Assembly: GCA_951406725.2 (NCBI GenBank)
Contig: OX597827.1
Coordinates: 79,360,001 to 79,424,000 of the forward strand
From: Octopus vulgaris
Lineage: Eukaryota
DNA: 64,000 nt
Direction of reading: 5' to 3'
Positions 10,902 through 25,255 of this stretch are shown piece by piece. The position numbers and the translations under genes are program-made. Each line of letters begins with the position of its first letter. Position 1 is the stretch's first letter. Under the pieces are notes generated by a model. The model ran no database searches and had not been told where the DNA came from. It saw only the letters and a list, made by a program, of their open reading frames with translations.

Positions 10902-12759
10902 AATATAAACACCTTCAGGCACACATATATATTACAAGCAAGCAAAACAGTAAGAATCAAAATAATGATGTGTACCTTGATTGAACACACCCCTGTGACT
11001 CAGTTGTGAACAAGGTCTTTTGTTGTAAGATTCTATGCCCGAAAATGGCATGTCCCTATAAATGATGCATGTAAATAACATAAATGCTCCAAGTGACAAG
11101 GGAGCATCAAAGACTTTTTAAGGATTCTATAGTGTTTTAATTACTATTTCAAGGTTCCAGAGTCCTTTATTTGAGTTCAGTCTAATAAGAAACAAAGCAA
11201 AACCCCCTTATATGTATTTCTGTATCATCACTTCTATTTATATGATATTCTCCTTCATCACTGTCTCTGTCTCTCTCATATTTCACCATACATCTCTCTC
11301 CGTCTTAGTTTTGCACTTTCTTCTCTCTCTCTCCCTTATATATGTTCTTGTTTCTTTTCTCTACCCTCTATCTGCTACAATATACTGAGAGCTATAATTA
11401 ATTTTTGTTGGATACCTTGTGAGCACATCTAGCAGCATTATAGATTCTGAGTTAAAGTCTACACGGAGGAGACATATGCCCTACAAGCTGCAATAAATGC
11501 AATCTATCTAAGAGAACAGTTACTTCAAAAAATCACATACTCTGAAGAGATGTTGACTCTGAAAGCTGTAGCAAAGTAAAGCCATCCAGGAGAAAAATAA
11601 CTCTGAGAAAACCTCACAGAAGGCAGAGGGGTAGCTTAGTCTTGACAGAAGCCTGTTTAGCAATGGTGGCATGATAAAATGCAGCTTGTACATACTGTGA
11701 AATGGATGATCATAGGAAGAGTATCCAGCCAACAGAACTATGCGAAAATTATGATGGTTGCCAATATTATATGAAACTTTCAATGCATAGATAGAACTAC
11801 CACTTGTAATATTAATGTTATGCACAGTGACGGAGTCATTAGATGGAAACATCTGACCACAGGAGAAAAACTCCATAACTGTCTTCTATTGAATGCACAC
11901 TTCCTTTTAAATACAGAACAGAAATTTCAAACAACAACCCACCCCAAAATAGGAATCTTCTTCCTTTTCTTATCAGGCAAATCCCTCCAGGGCTGCCAAC
12001 AGGAAGATTGAGACAATAAAAGGTAGGTCTGGAGAGATTGAAGAGATGCAGCCAGTAGATGTATATGTAGAAGAGGAGAGAGAGAGGAGAGCCTCAGTTA
12101 AACTTTTCAGAGGTAAAAGACATGTCTATATTCTTCTGGATAGGTAACAACACTGGGTGGACGAAGTAAACATATTGGAGGTAGACAAAAGGATAGATAA
12201 AGAAACTGAGGCAGTCAGAGAAGATACCAGAACAATTACAATTAGACTTGTCATAGACAACATGACTGCAGCCATTATCTCTTCACTTAAACTGCAAACG
12301 AGAGGAACAGATGAACAACAGGATTGTTTCAATAAAACTCTCTTATGCATCATCATGATAACAAAATAAAAATAAGAAAAAAGTGGAAATTTTACCGGTG
12401 AGTGTGTTACATTATAAGGCACAAAAAAAATGACCCTCCCCAAAATGAGTTTATATTTCACACAAAATATTTTGAATAAGAAAGCTAGACAAGATTATAT
12501 TTATCATCCATTGTAATGATAATGAGGATGATGATGGTTATGAGGAACATTCTTTCCTTATTATGCACGAAGGAATACATAATGGATATATATATATATA
12601 TTTATATATAAAGGATATTAGTGATTTGTAAGAAGTCATTAAAACTTTAGTGAATTATTATGGCAAAACATAAACAATATTGACATACATTATCAACACC
12701 CAGTATTATTGGCTATAATCAATGTTTTGACAGTTAAATAATACACACACATACACCAC

Positions 12760-12771
12760 ATATATATATGC

Positions 12772-12829
<58 letters not shown>
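12760..12829. repeat. (TA)n microsatellite
   Basis: Seen directly. Confidence 0.9.
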
Positions 12830-12831
<2 letters not shown>

Positions 12832-13169
12832 ATTTGGACTATATTAAGCCATTATATATAAGAGATATCACAGCAATATACATAGTTTCATATCTCTTCT
12901 ATAATGTGGTCTTATGTGATTTTGATATTAAAAGACGTAATGCAGTTTGAAGTAATTATATTACAATGACTACTGCAGTTGTTGTTGTTAATGGTGGAAG
13001 TGATGGCTAGATCTCCCGATCCTCCACTGTCCCAGTCCCTGTATATATACAACATGGCAGACATTTTAGATATTATCCTTACCCTGTCTTTCATTAGAAA
13101 CACAAATAATATAAATGTTATAATGAATATGAAAAGATAATAAAGAGAGAGAGAGAGAGAGAGACTTAC

Positions 13170-13484
13170 CTGCATTGTTTAATCCTTCACTGTAGTTGTG
13201 TGTGATGGATGATGTGTATCCTGCTGTAGTGTTCCACTCCAACTGCTGCTGCTACTGCTGTAGTGGTATTGTAGTGGTATACTGCTGCTGTTGTAGTAGT
13301 GTTCCTGTGTTACTGCTGCTGCTGCTGCTGTTCCTGTGTAACTGCTGATATAATAGTGTGACAGTTGCTGTATGTAGTGGGAGGTGAGATGTTAGCCAGA
13401 TGCTGGTGTGTGCTAGTTACAACTCTATGTCCTCCACACACACACACAATTGTGTGTATGATGAACAAAGAAAAAAGCTATCAG
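13170..13484 (-). other. Non-coding leader exon of copy 2; 5' end approximate
   Basis: Donor GCAG|GTAAGT at 13170; near-identical to 6289-6600. Confidence 0.7.
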
Positions 13485-13572
13485 CCTCACTTTCAATATT
13501 GAAAGAAATATAGAAAATCTCTCTCATCCAATAGGAAATTACTGCAATGTTGTCTGTGTCACACAAACACAT
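13484..13572 (-). promoter_or_regulatory. Putative core promoter of copy 2 (CCAAT 13528-13532; palindrome 13490-13505)
   Basis: Essentially identical to 6600-6688. Confidence 0.55.
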
Positions 13573-14605
13573 CGAACAAGAGAAATCATGTTAAAATAAA
13601 CAAGACTGATAATTTCCACAGAACATTATATATTTAGTTTTAATAATCAAACCATTTCATCTTTACATTCCTTTTAATTATTTTTGAAATAGAAATATCT
13701 TTTTATACTTTCATGTTATAATTGGTAACTACAAAACTACAATTAGTCATAATATTTCTTTTTTAAACAGTTCTGTATATTTTACTTGTTATCTATAAAG
13801 AAATGAATGTGACAAACCCATAGATTTTGACATACAAAGTATAGAAGAATAAAGAGAAATATGTTAGAACATTGTGATTTTGAGGAAATGTATTTAATAT
13901 TTAACCATTATCACCTCAATATCTCACCTATGTAAAAATCCTTTAGCAATATTTCTTATTCAAAATAGAATCATGGCTTATTAGTCATATTAATGTAAAG
14001 GTGAGGAATAAAATTAATTCTTACTTTTATTAAAATATTAATGTTTCCCTCTCAAAACTAACTTACTAAATGTTACAATGTAGTATAATGTAAAGCTAAC
14101 TCAAATATTTTTGGTGATATTAGAAGAATCTATAGAATCGTATGGGTAAATTATATCATGAAAGGAACATTAAATAATGTGTAATTGTATTTTGCTGGTT
14201 AGCACCAGGAGGTTTTTCTGTTATACAAATGAAAATTATAAATCTAAAAGGGAAAATTAACAATCAGAAGCTTAATTAATATAGGTGGAACTATAATAAT
14301 TATGTTTGTTTATGTAACAACATCTGACAATTCCTGACCAGGCTTATTATTTTTCAAACTTTGTAGAGTAAAATGCAGTAACATTTAATGTTATATGAAG
14401 CTATAACAAATGAGTAGTGTCAACTGTTTTAAATAAACCAATGATGGTTATACAGGACAATATTTGTACTATTTAGTGTTAATTAGGGCTCAATATCAAT
14501 GACAATGAAAGCTTTATGAGTGGTAAATATCATATTAATGCTTTAAATCAATGTAAAATATTGGGTGTGTGAGAGAATCATTTAACAATAGTCATGGAAC
14601 ATCTA

Positions 14606-14685
14606 CTATGTTGGCTGTAGATAGGTATCTTGTATTTGTTGTCCCTTTAGTATTGTGGCTGCAACTGGATTGTCATTGGTATATT
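14606..14685 (-). CDS. Protocadherin copy 3, terminal coding exon
   Basis: Same acceptor, phase and TAG as the other copies. Confidence 0.82.
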
Positions 14686-14849
14686 CTGCAAAATATCAAA
14701 TATACAAACACAAATTACATTTCAATATAACAACTCTAATGTATAAAGATAGAAACATTGATCTTATATTACACTAAGCATAACATTATATATTGTCCTA
14801 CAGTAATAGAGGCAATTACATTTATATGTTATGTTTTGATAAAAGTTAC

Positions 14850-14994
14850 CTGGTTCTGCAGGTATCTCATCATATGGTTTAGTCTTGCCATTACTCTTGC
14901 TAGCTTCTCTGTCCTTTTGGGATGTTAAGGTGTCACTGTTGTAAGACATGATGGAACTGGTACGACGTCCTTGACTATGGATTGAATCACATCT
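14850..14994 (-). CDS. Protocadherin copy 3, 145-nt cytoplasmic exon
   Basis: Acceptor ttttctaatcaccag|, donor CCAG|GTAACT. Confidence 0.84.
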
Positions 14995-15454
14995 CTGGTG
15001 ATTAGAAAAGAGAGTGAAATATAATGTTAAATCAAAGAAACATTTGCATTTATATTCTAGAATGTTTCCAGTAAGACTTGAGAAAGGAATGCTGTTAAAA
15101 TGAGCAGAAATAATATAATTTTTAAGATCTACTGAGTTAATAAAAAGAACTTGGAGAAGTGATAAACAAAACAAACAACTCATTTAATGAAGTATGTGGA
15201 AATTTTTATATCTATTATATTTACATACTAAGCAAATTAAAATATTTTGGAGTAAACAAAACAAAGATACTACTTTAATGAAATATTTGGAAATTTTAAA
15301 TTTAAGACATCTGCAAAATGTAAAACTATCAAAAAGGGCACTGAGAAAATATAAAGAACATAACATGTAAATAAAACTAGATATTTAAAATATGTTTTCA
15401 TGGATGTTATGCAAAAATGCTATCAAACAATAGAATTATTCAAAATATATTTAC

Positions 15455-17848
15455 CTGAGGAACAGGTGGAAGTCTTCTTTGTGTTGTTGAGAATTTCCAC
15501 TCATCTGGTGTCTGTTCCATCTCCAGAAAAAACTGACTTTTAGATTTTATTGTCTGAAGATTTCGGTTAAATATCTCTTCTGCATTTCTCGTTATTGCAA
15601 CAGGATTGTTAGTCTGATACAGTAATTGTCTCATCTCAGTCTGAGAGAGAAAGTTGGGATTCTCTGCTGTTGTGGGTGAGTTATTTGTGTGATTAATACA
15701 TCTGAAAACACACAGTGTTATGGACACTACAATAGCCACAGATAGTATTACAGCTGCTGCTACAATGATAATTACCCAAGTCATATTCAGGTCGTGACCA
15801 GACTGGAATGGCACAGCAGTCAACATTGGAGATGTATCATTACTAACAAACAGTGTTAGTATGATAGCAGTTGTTGCTGATTGAACTGGAGTACCACCGT
15901 CTTTCACTATAAACTGCAGCTCATATGTTCCTGCATCATTTTGGTAAACTGTGCGAGAGAAAGATAACACACCAGTGTGTGAGTTCACTGTAAACAGGTT
16001 TTTATCATTGGATCTCAGTATTCCATATGTGAGGAAAGCATTGTTTCCAGTGTCTTTGTCAGATGCTCTCAGAATTGTGATGTCCTTCTTACTGTGCGGA
16101 TGGTAGTGGACATCGAGATTGTAAGGGTCATTATTAGGAAACGTAAAATACGGAGCATTATCATTTTTATCTAGAATCTCAATAACAATATTGGCAGTGT
16201 CATTGAGAGAAGGTGTTCCATTATCTTTCACTGAAACCTTGAACTTATAGATGTCTTTCATTTCTCGATCTATTGATTGTGATGTAGAAATGAATCCATA
16301 TTTTGTCAGTTGGAAAGGAATGTTATCATTGTTGTTATCATTGATGATAGAATATGTAAGTTGGCCTCCATCTCCAAGATCAGGGTCTGTAGCATTGATG
16401 AAGCCAATAGGGAAGTCAACTTTCTGGTTTTCATAGGTGAGGAATTGGAATGTCTCTTTGGTAAAATGTGGTTCTACATCATTGACATCAGTTACTTTGA
16501 CAGAGAAATATTTTTTACTTTCTAGTTGAGGTGACCCCATGTCATGACACACAATAGATATTTTATAGTGGTCCCTTATTTCTCTATCAAGATGGCCCTT
16601 AATAATTATCTTATATTCTTTAGAATCAATTTTGGCAAGTTTAAATTTATCATGTTTTAAATCACAGATAACCTCACCATTAGGTCCACTATCATTGTCA
16701 GTGACCATAACATAAGCTATAAAACTATCTACTTCACTGTCTTCAGAAACTGCTGCTGAACTCTCTGATAAAGGAGATACAAAATCTATATTTATCAACG
16801 GAACATTGTTTTGGTTATTAATTACATAAATGTGAATTCTGGCTACCGACATTAGAGGTGGATTCCCACCATCTCTTGCTTCTATAAATAAAGACTGCAT
16901 CTTACTAAAGTGAAAATTATCATGTAAAAATAAATTTCCAGTTTTCTTATCTAATACAAAATATTTCAGTATATTTTGAGATGTTTTATGGTTGAAATGA
17001 AAAGAAATCTTTCCATTTTGTCCAGAATCTTGATCTGTGGCTTTTAAAGTAAGAATTGGTAAATGTCTTTGATGTGAATTAGTTATTGATATATTGTAGA
17101 GTTTCTGTGAAAATATAGGTGTGTTATCATTAACATCTGTCACAGATATGCGTACCTTGAGTGTACCTGTTCTGGGAGGGTTCCCTCCATCTTTAGCCTC
17201 TAAGGTCAATATATACAAATCTTTTACTTCCCTGTCTAATTTGTCTTCTAAAGTTAGTTCAGGTATAAAAACACCATCATTATCTTTTGCCATATACAAA
17301 GAAAATGGTTCTCTTTTATATTTTATGTTATATGAAATTTGGGAATTCATGATGGTAATATCTCTGTCTATAGCATATGGAATTTTTTTCTGAGTTCCTT
17401 TCAGACTATCTTCTGCAAACTTGATACCTATTTCATCATCCGTAAATTCTGGAGAATGGTCATTGATATCTTCTATTATTATTTTCACCTTCAAAATCTT
17501 CATGAAAGTTTTTCCTTTCCTCACTGCTACTTTAACTATTCTGGAACATTCCTTGTTGTATGTACACAGAGACTCTGCATCCAGTGTTTGAGTAGTGTAT
17601 AGTTTTCCTGAGTTGGTGACATTAAATAAGTGAGAACCACTCTCGACTGTCCTTTGTAGTTGTGTAAATGTAATGAGAGTGTGTTGTTGATGTGTGAGAG
17701 GGTGTGATAAGTTGGAGTCAACAGCAATGTCTCCTATATAGGTGTGAGGACTGTCTTCTTCCTTGACGTGGTAGGTGATGTCTACAGACATTACAAGAGA
17801 CTGTTTTATATATAGCAAACACACCAAGTAAAAAACGTTTTCATTCAT
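15455..17848 (-). CDS. Protocadherin copy 3, large exon (798 codons; spliced product ~872 aa)
   Basis: Intact ORF with six EC repeats and TM. Donor at 15455; acceptor atttgtag| at 17886. Confidence 0.95.
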
Positions 17849-18132
17849 GACTGCAACTCTTCATTCTTCATTATTATTGAATATTTCTACAAATATAATA
17901 GAAATTATTTAATACCAGCTTAAAGAAAAAATTTGACATGAAAGTTCATCAAATATAAACCTTGGAGTACTATACAATAAAAATATATTAGAAAATTGTG
18001 AAAGAAAGTCATTAAAAGTAAGTTTTTATGTTCCTGTTAAGTGTGAAGAAATAGTCCGGATTTACATTAGAGTTATCTCCCCTAGACGTTGTAAACAATA
18101 CTCATCTGAAGCGTTCTTTCGAAAATTGTATA

Positions 18133-20478
18133 CATCATCCTGCTCATCGTCGTTTAACGTCCACTTTCCATGCTGGCATGGGTTGGACAGTTTGACGGAG
18201 GACTGGCAAGCCAGAAGGCTGTACCAAGCTCCAATCTGATCTGGCAAAAGTTTCTACAGCTGGATGCCCTTCCTAATGCTAATTACTCCAAGAGTGTAGT
18301 GCGTGCTTTTTGTGTGCTACCGGCATGAGGGCCAGTCTGACAACGACCATGCTTGAATGGTGCTTTTTATGTACCACCAACACAGAACCGGTTAGGCAGC
18401 ACTGGCATCGAACACGCTCGAATGGTACTCTTTACGTGCCACCAGCACGGGTGCCACTCAGGTGGTACTGGCATCGGGCACGACAATGACTTCACTTGAC
18501 TCAACAGGTCTTCGCAAGCACCATTTATTGCCCAGTAATTGAAGGGTATTCTTAAATGGGCCGATTATGCTGCACTGGCATAGGCAACGTTATGGTCTCA
18601 CTTGGCTTGCCAGGTTTTCTCAAGCACAGCATATCTCCAAAGGTCTCGGTCACTCATCATTGCCTCCTTGAGTTCCAACGTTCAATGGTTGTACTTCACC
18701 ACCTCATCCCACGTCTTCCTGGGTTTACCACTTCCACAGGTTTTCTCTACAGCTAGGATGTGACACTTTTTCACACAGCTGTCTTCATCCATATGCAGCA
18801 CATGACCATACCAGCACATTCGTCTCTCTTGCACACCACATTTGATGTTTCTTATGTCCAATTTTTCTCTCAGGGCGATACACTCTGCCGTGTATACACA
18901 CTGACGTTACACATCCAGCAGAGCATACTAAGTTCATTTCTTGCAAGCTTATGCACGTCCTCAGCAGTCATAGCCATGTTTGACTGCTGTGTAGCATGGC
19001 TGTTCACACACATGCATCATACAGTCTACCCTTTACTCTGAGCAAGAGACCCTTTGTTACCAGCAGAGGTAGGAGCTCTCTGAACTTTGCCCAGGTTATT
19101 CTTATTGTTGCAGCTACACTCTCAGAGCATCCAGCCCTGCAACTGACTTCGCCACCTAGATAATGGAAGCTATTAACTACTTCTAGTTTTTCCCCATAGC
19201 AAGTGACAGAAGCTGTTTTCTGAACATCATCAGTGTTTGTTGCCCCTGAGCATTTGCTACACAAAAACTATCTTCTCAGTTAGCCTTCTTTTGATATTGC
19301 TGCACCTCTTATGTGTCCATAGCTTACACCAGGTACATCTTATGGAGTTTCTACCTATGCCTTTTCTATAGATCAAGCAGGGCCATCTACCTGGAGGGAT
19401 TTGTGATTTGTCTGCCTTCCTACTTATTAAGACTTTGGTTTTTGCTAGATTGACTCTAAGGCCCTTCGATTCTAGACCTTGCTTCCACACCTGAAACTTC
19501 TCTAGTTCTGATAGTGACTCAGCTATTAGAGCAAGGTCATCAACACAGAGAAGCTCCCAGAGGCAGCCTGTATTGAATTCCTCTGTTATTGCCTGGAGGG
19601 CTATGATAAATAAGAGAGGGCTGAGGACTGATCCTTGGTGGACCCCTACTCCTACATGGAATTCTTCAATATACTTGTTGCCAACCCTCACCTTATTGAC
19701 AGCACCCCTGTACATGGCTTGCGCGGCTCTCACTAACCATTCATCTATCCCTAGTTTCCTCATTGACCACCAGATAAGGGATCAGGGGACAGTGTCAAAG
19801 GCCTTCTCCATGTCAACGAAAGCCAAGTACAGAGGTTTATCTTTGGCTAGGTATTTCTTCTGCAGTTATCTTACCGGAAATATAGCATAAGTGGTGCTTT
19901 TCCCTGGCACAAACCCAAACTGCATTTTATCTAAACTAACTCTCACCCTATGTCCCTCTCTGTAACTTTCATTACCTGAACCAACAACTTGATACCTCTA
20001 ATTATTTGTATCCAATGCATCGCATTTACCTTTGTAGCAGTTGACTATGGTGCTGCTACACCAGCCATTGTGTATGACTCCTTCGTGTATCACCTGACTG
20101 ACTATACGACTGACTAGACTATAGCCGACACTGCCAGATATTTTAAGCATCTCTGTGGTGATTCCTGATGGGCTGGGGGCATTCCCTATCTTCATACCCT
20201 TAATTGCTTTATCTACCAAGGTACTCTCAATTTGGATAGCTGGTCCCTCTGTTTGGTTGACAATTGGTAGACTCTTTTTCCCATTCATTCTCTTCATTTA
20301 GCAACCTTTCATAGTGGCATCTCCAAGTCTCTCCTATGACATCATGATTCTCTCTCAAAACAGTCTTGCAACACTAAACACTTCAAGTCTTTGGTCTTCA
20401 TGATGCAGAATTTTTTATCTGTTTTCCCTCTGGCTAAGTAAACCTATCTCCTAGCTTTCCTTCTGGCAATCTGATACA
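18133..20478 (-). mobile_element. 5'-truncated, frameshifted RTE-clade LINE (reverse transcriptase plus 3' UTR with (GAT)n tail)
   Basis: Broken ORFs with GVHQGSVLSPLLF, a degenerate YADD (CVDDLAL), KGLRVNLAKTKV, a Cys-rich insert (CTWCKLWTHKRC) and FHYLG. Tail ccatgccagcatggaaagtggacgttaaacgacgatg. Confidence 0.9.
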
Positions 20479-20769
20479 ATACATTAATGAGATGCAAAAT
20501 TGTTTAACTAATTCATAAACAGAGTTCCATGGATGTAGAAAAGGCAAACAGCGAAGGTGATGAAATGAATATCATTCTTGTACACTTGATTGTAATTAAC
20601 ATAAAAAAATCAACAGAAGGGATATACATATAGCCAAAAATGGCTGATATACTGATGAAGTGGGAATTAAAAAGAAATAATGAGTCTTTTCTTATTAGAA
20701 CTAACTAATAATGACAACTGTTTGTATCATAGGCACTAGGCAAAATATTTATGGAGAGAAAGTATATAA

Positions 20770-21425
20770 CGGCAGTGCATCAGCATGGCCGCAGCTCTGA
20801 GCTGAAACTAGAGAGAAAAAAAAAATAGGTGGATTATATCAAGTCCTAGTGGATGACGGGTGCTGTTTTACTGGCCCAACCCCCACCCCACAGGGATGAA
20901 AAACAAATCTGGCCTGAGCAGGAGTTGAATTCAGAATATTTGCCATACACCAACAAGAATATTCCCTTCTACTAAAGGCATGAAAGCAAAAATTTCGTGG
21001 GAGGGGGTGGGGTAGTCGACTACATCGATCTCAGTGCTTGACTACCTATTTTATCAACACTGGAAGAGTGAAAGACAAAATCAATCGTCAGCCTCAGTGG
21101 AATCTGCAATCTGAATGCAAATCCAGAAATGCCATGAAGTACTTTGTCCAGTGTGCTAACAAATCTGACACTTGCCTGCCTTCATTATCATCATCGTCAT
21201 AATAATAGTTTCAAATTTTGGCACAAGGCCAGCAATTTTAAGGCTAGTGTTTAGACAAGAATATTGACCCCCAGTAAATGACAGATACTTTTATTTTATT
21301 GACTCTGAAAGAAGAAAAAACAGATTTAACCTCAATGGGTTTTTAAGTAAGAACATAAAGACCCGGAAGAAATGCGAATAAGCATTTTGTGAGACACACA
21401 AATGATTATGTCAGCTCACCACCCG
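20770..21425 (-). mobile_element. Cluster of degenerate SINE fragments
   Basis: Repeated decayed matches to the ggcacaaggcc...gactacatcgat...gaaaggcaaagtcgacctc SINE body. Confidence 0.5.
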
Positions 21426-24400
21426 ATTAATTACAGTAATAATTGATTTTCTTTATTACCTACAAATAGTTGACAGACAAGATTAAGGAAGGGACAGGAC
21501 AACACATTGTCAGGTGACATAGATACTGTATAAGGGAAACAACATAAGCAAAAAATATACAATTCAAAGACCTGCTTTTGGAAACACTTCAAACAGCATG
21601 GGTCACTCTGAAAACAAAAGCAAAGCACCTTTACCCAACTGTCCTCCAGTCCACAGGTGCATACTCAAAGCAGACCTGTTCCCTCAGACCATACTCATCA
21701 CTCACATCCATCTTTCAACAAATTTCCTGGGGGGCAACACTTCTCTCTCAACACTCATTTTCTTTTTCAAGTGAAACTTGAAAATGTTGATGAGGATTTG
21801 GCAAAAAGGGGAAGGTGTTGGTCTTCAGCCATTTCAGTCAGACCACCTGATCATGGAACGAATATGTGATGGCACTTCCATGTCTGTGGAAGTTATCTCA
21901 AAGCAGCAATGTGCTCACCTACAGGTGGCATTGTCAGGCCAGGCATTTCTGAGAGTTATTCATGGAACTTGTCCTGAAAGTCCTCCAGAAGAGATCTGCC
22001 AATTGATTTTCACTGATGCTCAGAATTTTCTCAAGTACATTGTCCCTTTTGGCCTCTGCTAATCCTTTATAGAATGCCAATATAGAACTTCCATCTACAG
22101 GCTTGGTTCAGTGGTCAAAGAGATGAGCTGGGCTAAAATGTATCTGACAAAAAGTATTACACCTTTTTGCTTTTAATTAAGGAATTGCAGGAGATATTAC
22201 AACCTCAGTGCATGCTTGGACAATGGATAAAGGAAAAATTACAAAGGAGTAACAGAATAAAGGGGCCCCATAAGGAATATCACAAAATCTATTGCAGAAA
22301 AAAAATGGCATTGAAAACAACAGTACACAAAAGGGATGAAATGAGACACATCAATAAGGGGTGCACAGCTACCTAGTGCCAATTACCTAACATTATAGAC
22401 CGAGAGTTACCTTAAATAGAAAGAGTTAGTACTTACTCCATGCTGGTCTCTCTAGCATAAAAGCACATGCTGAAAAGAGACCCTCTCTAACCTCTCAGCA
22501 TTTTAAGAAGAAACACTAAATGTTTCTTAAACCATAAATTACAAAAGTATTAATAAGAGTGAGAAATCTCTTCTGACAAAAACATTGTCTAAATCATAGT
22601 GGGAAAATAGTCAAAATAGAAAGATATCAGCCTGAAAATAAAAAACAGTACCAATGATAATTAAAATACTAGGTTTGTTTAAAATGGACAAAAATATACA
22701 AGTCACACCATGGCTTACAACATTACACACAGTTCACAAGGTAACTTTGTGTAGCACTTTCTACATCCTACACAAATACTTTGAATCCTATAGCACAACT
22801 TATACAGTACACCAGCACATATACAATACAATAAGTACAAAATATAATAACACAGATTCATAGTCTATAGAATCAACACCAAATAACACAATGTAACACT
22901 AAACACCATCATTACTCAATGAAATTAAACATACTCCTATATAACTGAAAATCAACAATGCAATGTTGGAAAACTGTGGGCTCTTATTGACATAGAATTA
23001 CTGATAGAGCAACTTGTACAACTAATACAATAAAGGTCTATGGCACTCAAAAATAGATAGTTGAAGATAAAGATTCTGAAATAACCAAAAGTAAATATTT
23101 TGCCAAACAAAACAATGAGGGAAAGTTCATAAAATAATGAAAAACTATTTCATTCTTCCCTTAAATTTAGTTTCTACCAGAATGAATATGTACATGTCAA
23201 CAGAGCTCTACTTGGCTGACATGTTGTACAAATATTTGATGTTTACTCTCAGGTTTGTGGAAAAATCATTGAAGCTGAAGCACTCTGCAGGACTGAAGAC
23301 ACGTGTTCCCATTCTTACAGCAACAGATTGGAACTATCTTCATGCTTCCAGGAACACTTTATGTACATACTATATATGCTATATCAAAACAGGAGATTAA
23401 GAAGAAAAAAAATGTTGGTTTCCAATCTTCTGTTTTGATATGTAATTACTCAGTGAAAAATATTTCCCAGTATTTTCAACTCTTATGCATATCTCACACA
23501 AATATAGCATCCAGATATAACTTTGAAATACTGAAATAAGCAAATGTGTTTCAAGAGGACACACTTTGGATTATAACTCTCTCTCCTCATACCATACCTG
23601 GTACATACAATTGTATAACACCAACAACTCACTCTATACAACTGAAACTTATTACTGCCATACAAACAACTAGCACACACACACACATACACACACTACA
23701 CAACAAAAAACACAATCACCACTCAACAAAATAATACAATTTACGCAGCACATATTCTACACAACAGAAAAGCACAATCATTGGTCCACATCCTTAAAGG
23801 ACAATGCTGCACACACCTTGGGAATACTGGAGGTATCCTTGGTGACAAGACAATGTCACTAGCACTGATGTCATGATAAAATGCACCCAGAATATTGGTT
23901 GGCAAACTAGAAAGGACATTCAATCTTATAAAACATGCCAGAAATGGAATGCATGAGTGAGACAAGAGGAATGGTCCCTGATCTGAAACAGGATTTGACT
24001 AAGTCTGTGACAAGCCATCCAAACCATGCTAGCAATGGGAGGCTGGCAAAAATGAAGATGATATAAGTATGTGTGTGTGTGTGTGTTTATATGGGTATGT
24101 GTTTGTCTATGTCTACCAATATGTTTACCCTGGTCTAAAATCTAGTGGTGTTTATGTTGTGACTCTATGTCCAATGAGATAAAGGTTTGATAGAAATGAT
24201 GGCTGAAACTAACATAAGAATACAAAATAGCAACACTCTAATATCAGAGACAATATTCTTTCCTACTCTAAGCACAAGGCCCGAAATCTTGGGGAAGGGG
24301 GCCAGTTAATTAGATCATCCCCAGTACACAACTGGTACTTAATTTATTGACCCCAAAAGGATGAGAGGCAAAGTTGACCTCAGAAGGCAGACAAATATCA

Positions 24401-24869
24401 GAGACAATAAAAAAAAGAGAAAAGGATTGAATAAATAATAAAGGAAAATGAAATCTAATTTCTGAACAGCCAAATAATTGCAATAACATAGACTTTCTAG
24501 CATTCTTACTGAAATATTTGCATCAGTATGTTGGCACTGAACAATTAGTGATTACTACATACATAAAATGAAAAGTTTTAATATAATATAATGGAACATT
24601 AAACATGTAACATTAATGTTGATGCTAATGTGAGTTTCTGGTGAAGTATGATGTTTATTAGAGACTTTAAATTCAAGAGTTTTAAAAAGCAATGCATGTG
24701 CATAAATAGTGAAGTTATGGACATGTAGACATGTATTCAAAACAAATAGGTATTGCAGAGGTGGATTTCTAGTAGAGACTAGAAGATATATAATTAATGA
24801 TATGAGAGACTAGCTAATGAAATGTCAGATACATACAGCAATCTACCAAAAATGCATTACAATTGAACT

Positions 24870-25255
24870 GCAGGAGTGGTTGTGTGGTAAGTAGCTTGCT
24901 TACCAACCATATGGTTCTGGGTTCAGTCCCACTGTGTGGCACCTTGGGCAAGTGTTTTCTACTATAGCCTTGGGACAACCAAAGCCTTATGAGTAGATTT
25001 GATAGACAGAAACTGAAAGAAGCCTGTCATATATAGATGTGTGTGTGTGTGTGTGTGTTTGTGTGACTGTGCTTGTCCCCCCACCATTGCTTGACAACCA
25101 ATGCTGGAGTGTTGATGTCTCCATAACTTAGCAGTTCGGCAAAAGGGATGATAGAATAAGTACCAGGCTTACAAAGAATAAGTCCTGGGTCGATTTGTTT
25201 GACTTAATACAGTGCTCCAGCATGGTCGCAGTCAAATGACTGAAACAAATAAAGA
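24870..25255 (+). mobile_element. tRNA-headed SINE with internal (TG)n
   Basis: A/B-box-like head (gtggttgtgtggtaag...gggttcagtccc); colinear with 46106-46490. Confidence 0.8.

Noticed and set aside
21440-23990. Less AT-rich stretch with short ORFs in the copy 3 intron
   Set aside because: Probably old transposon remnants, but I could not recognise a diagnostic motif.
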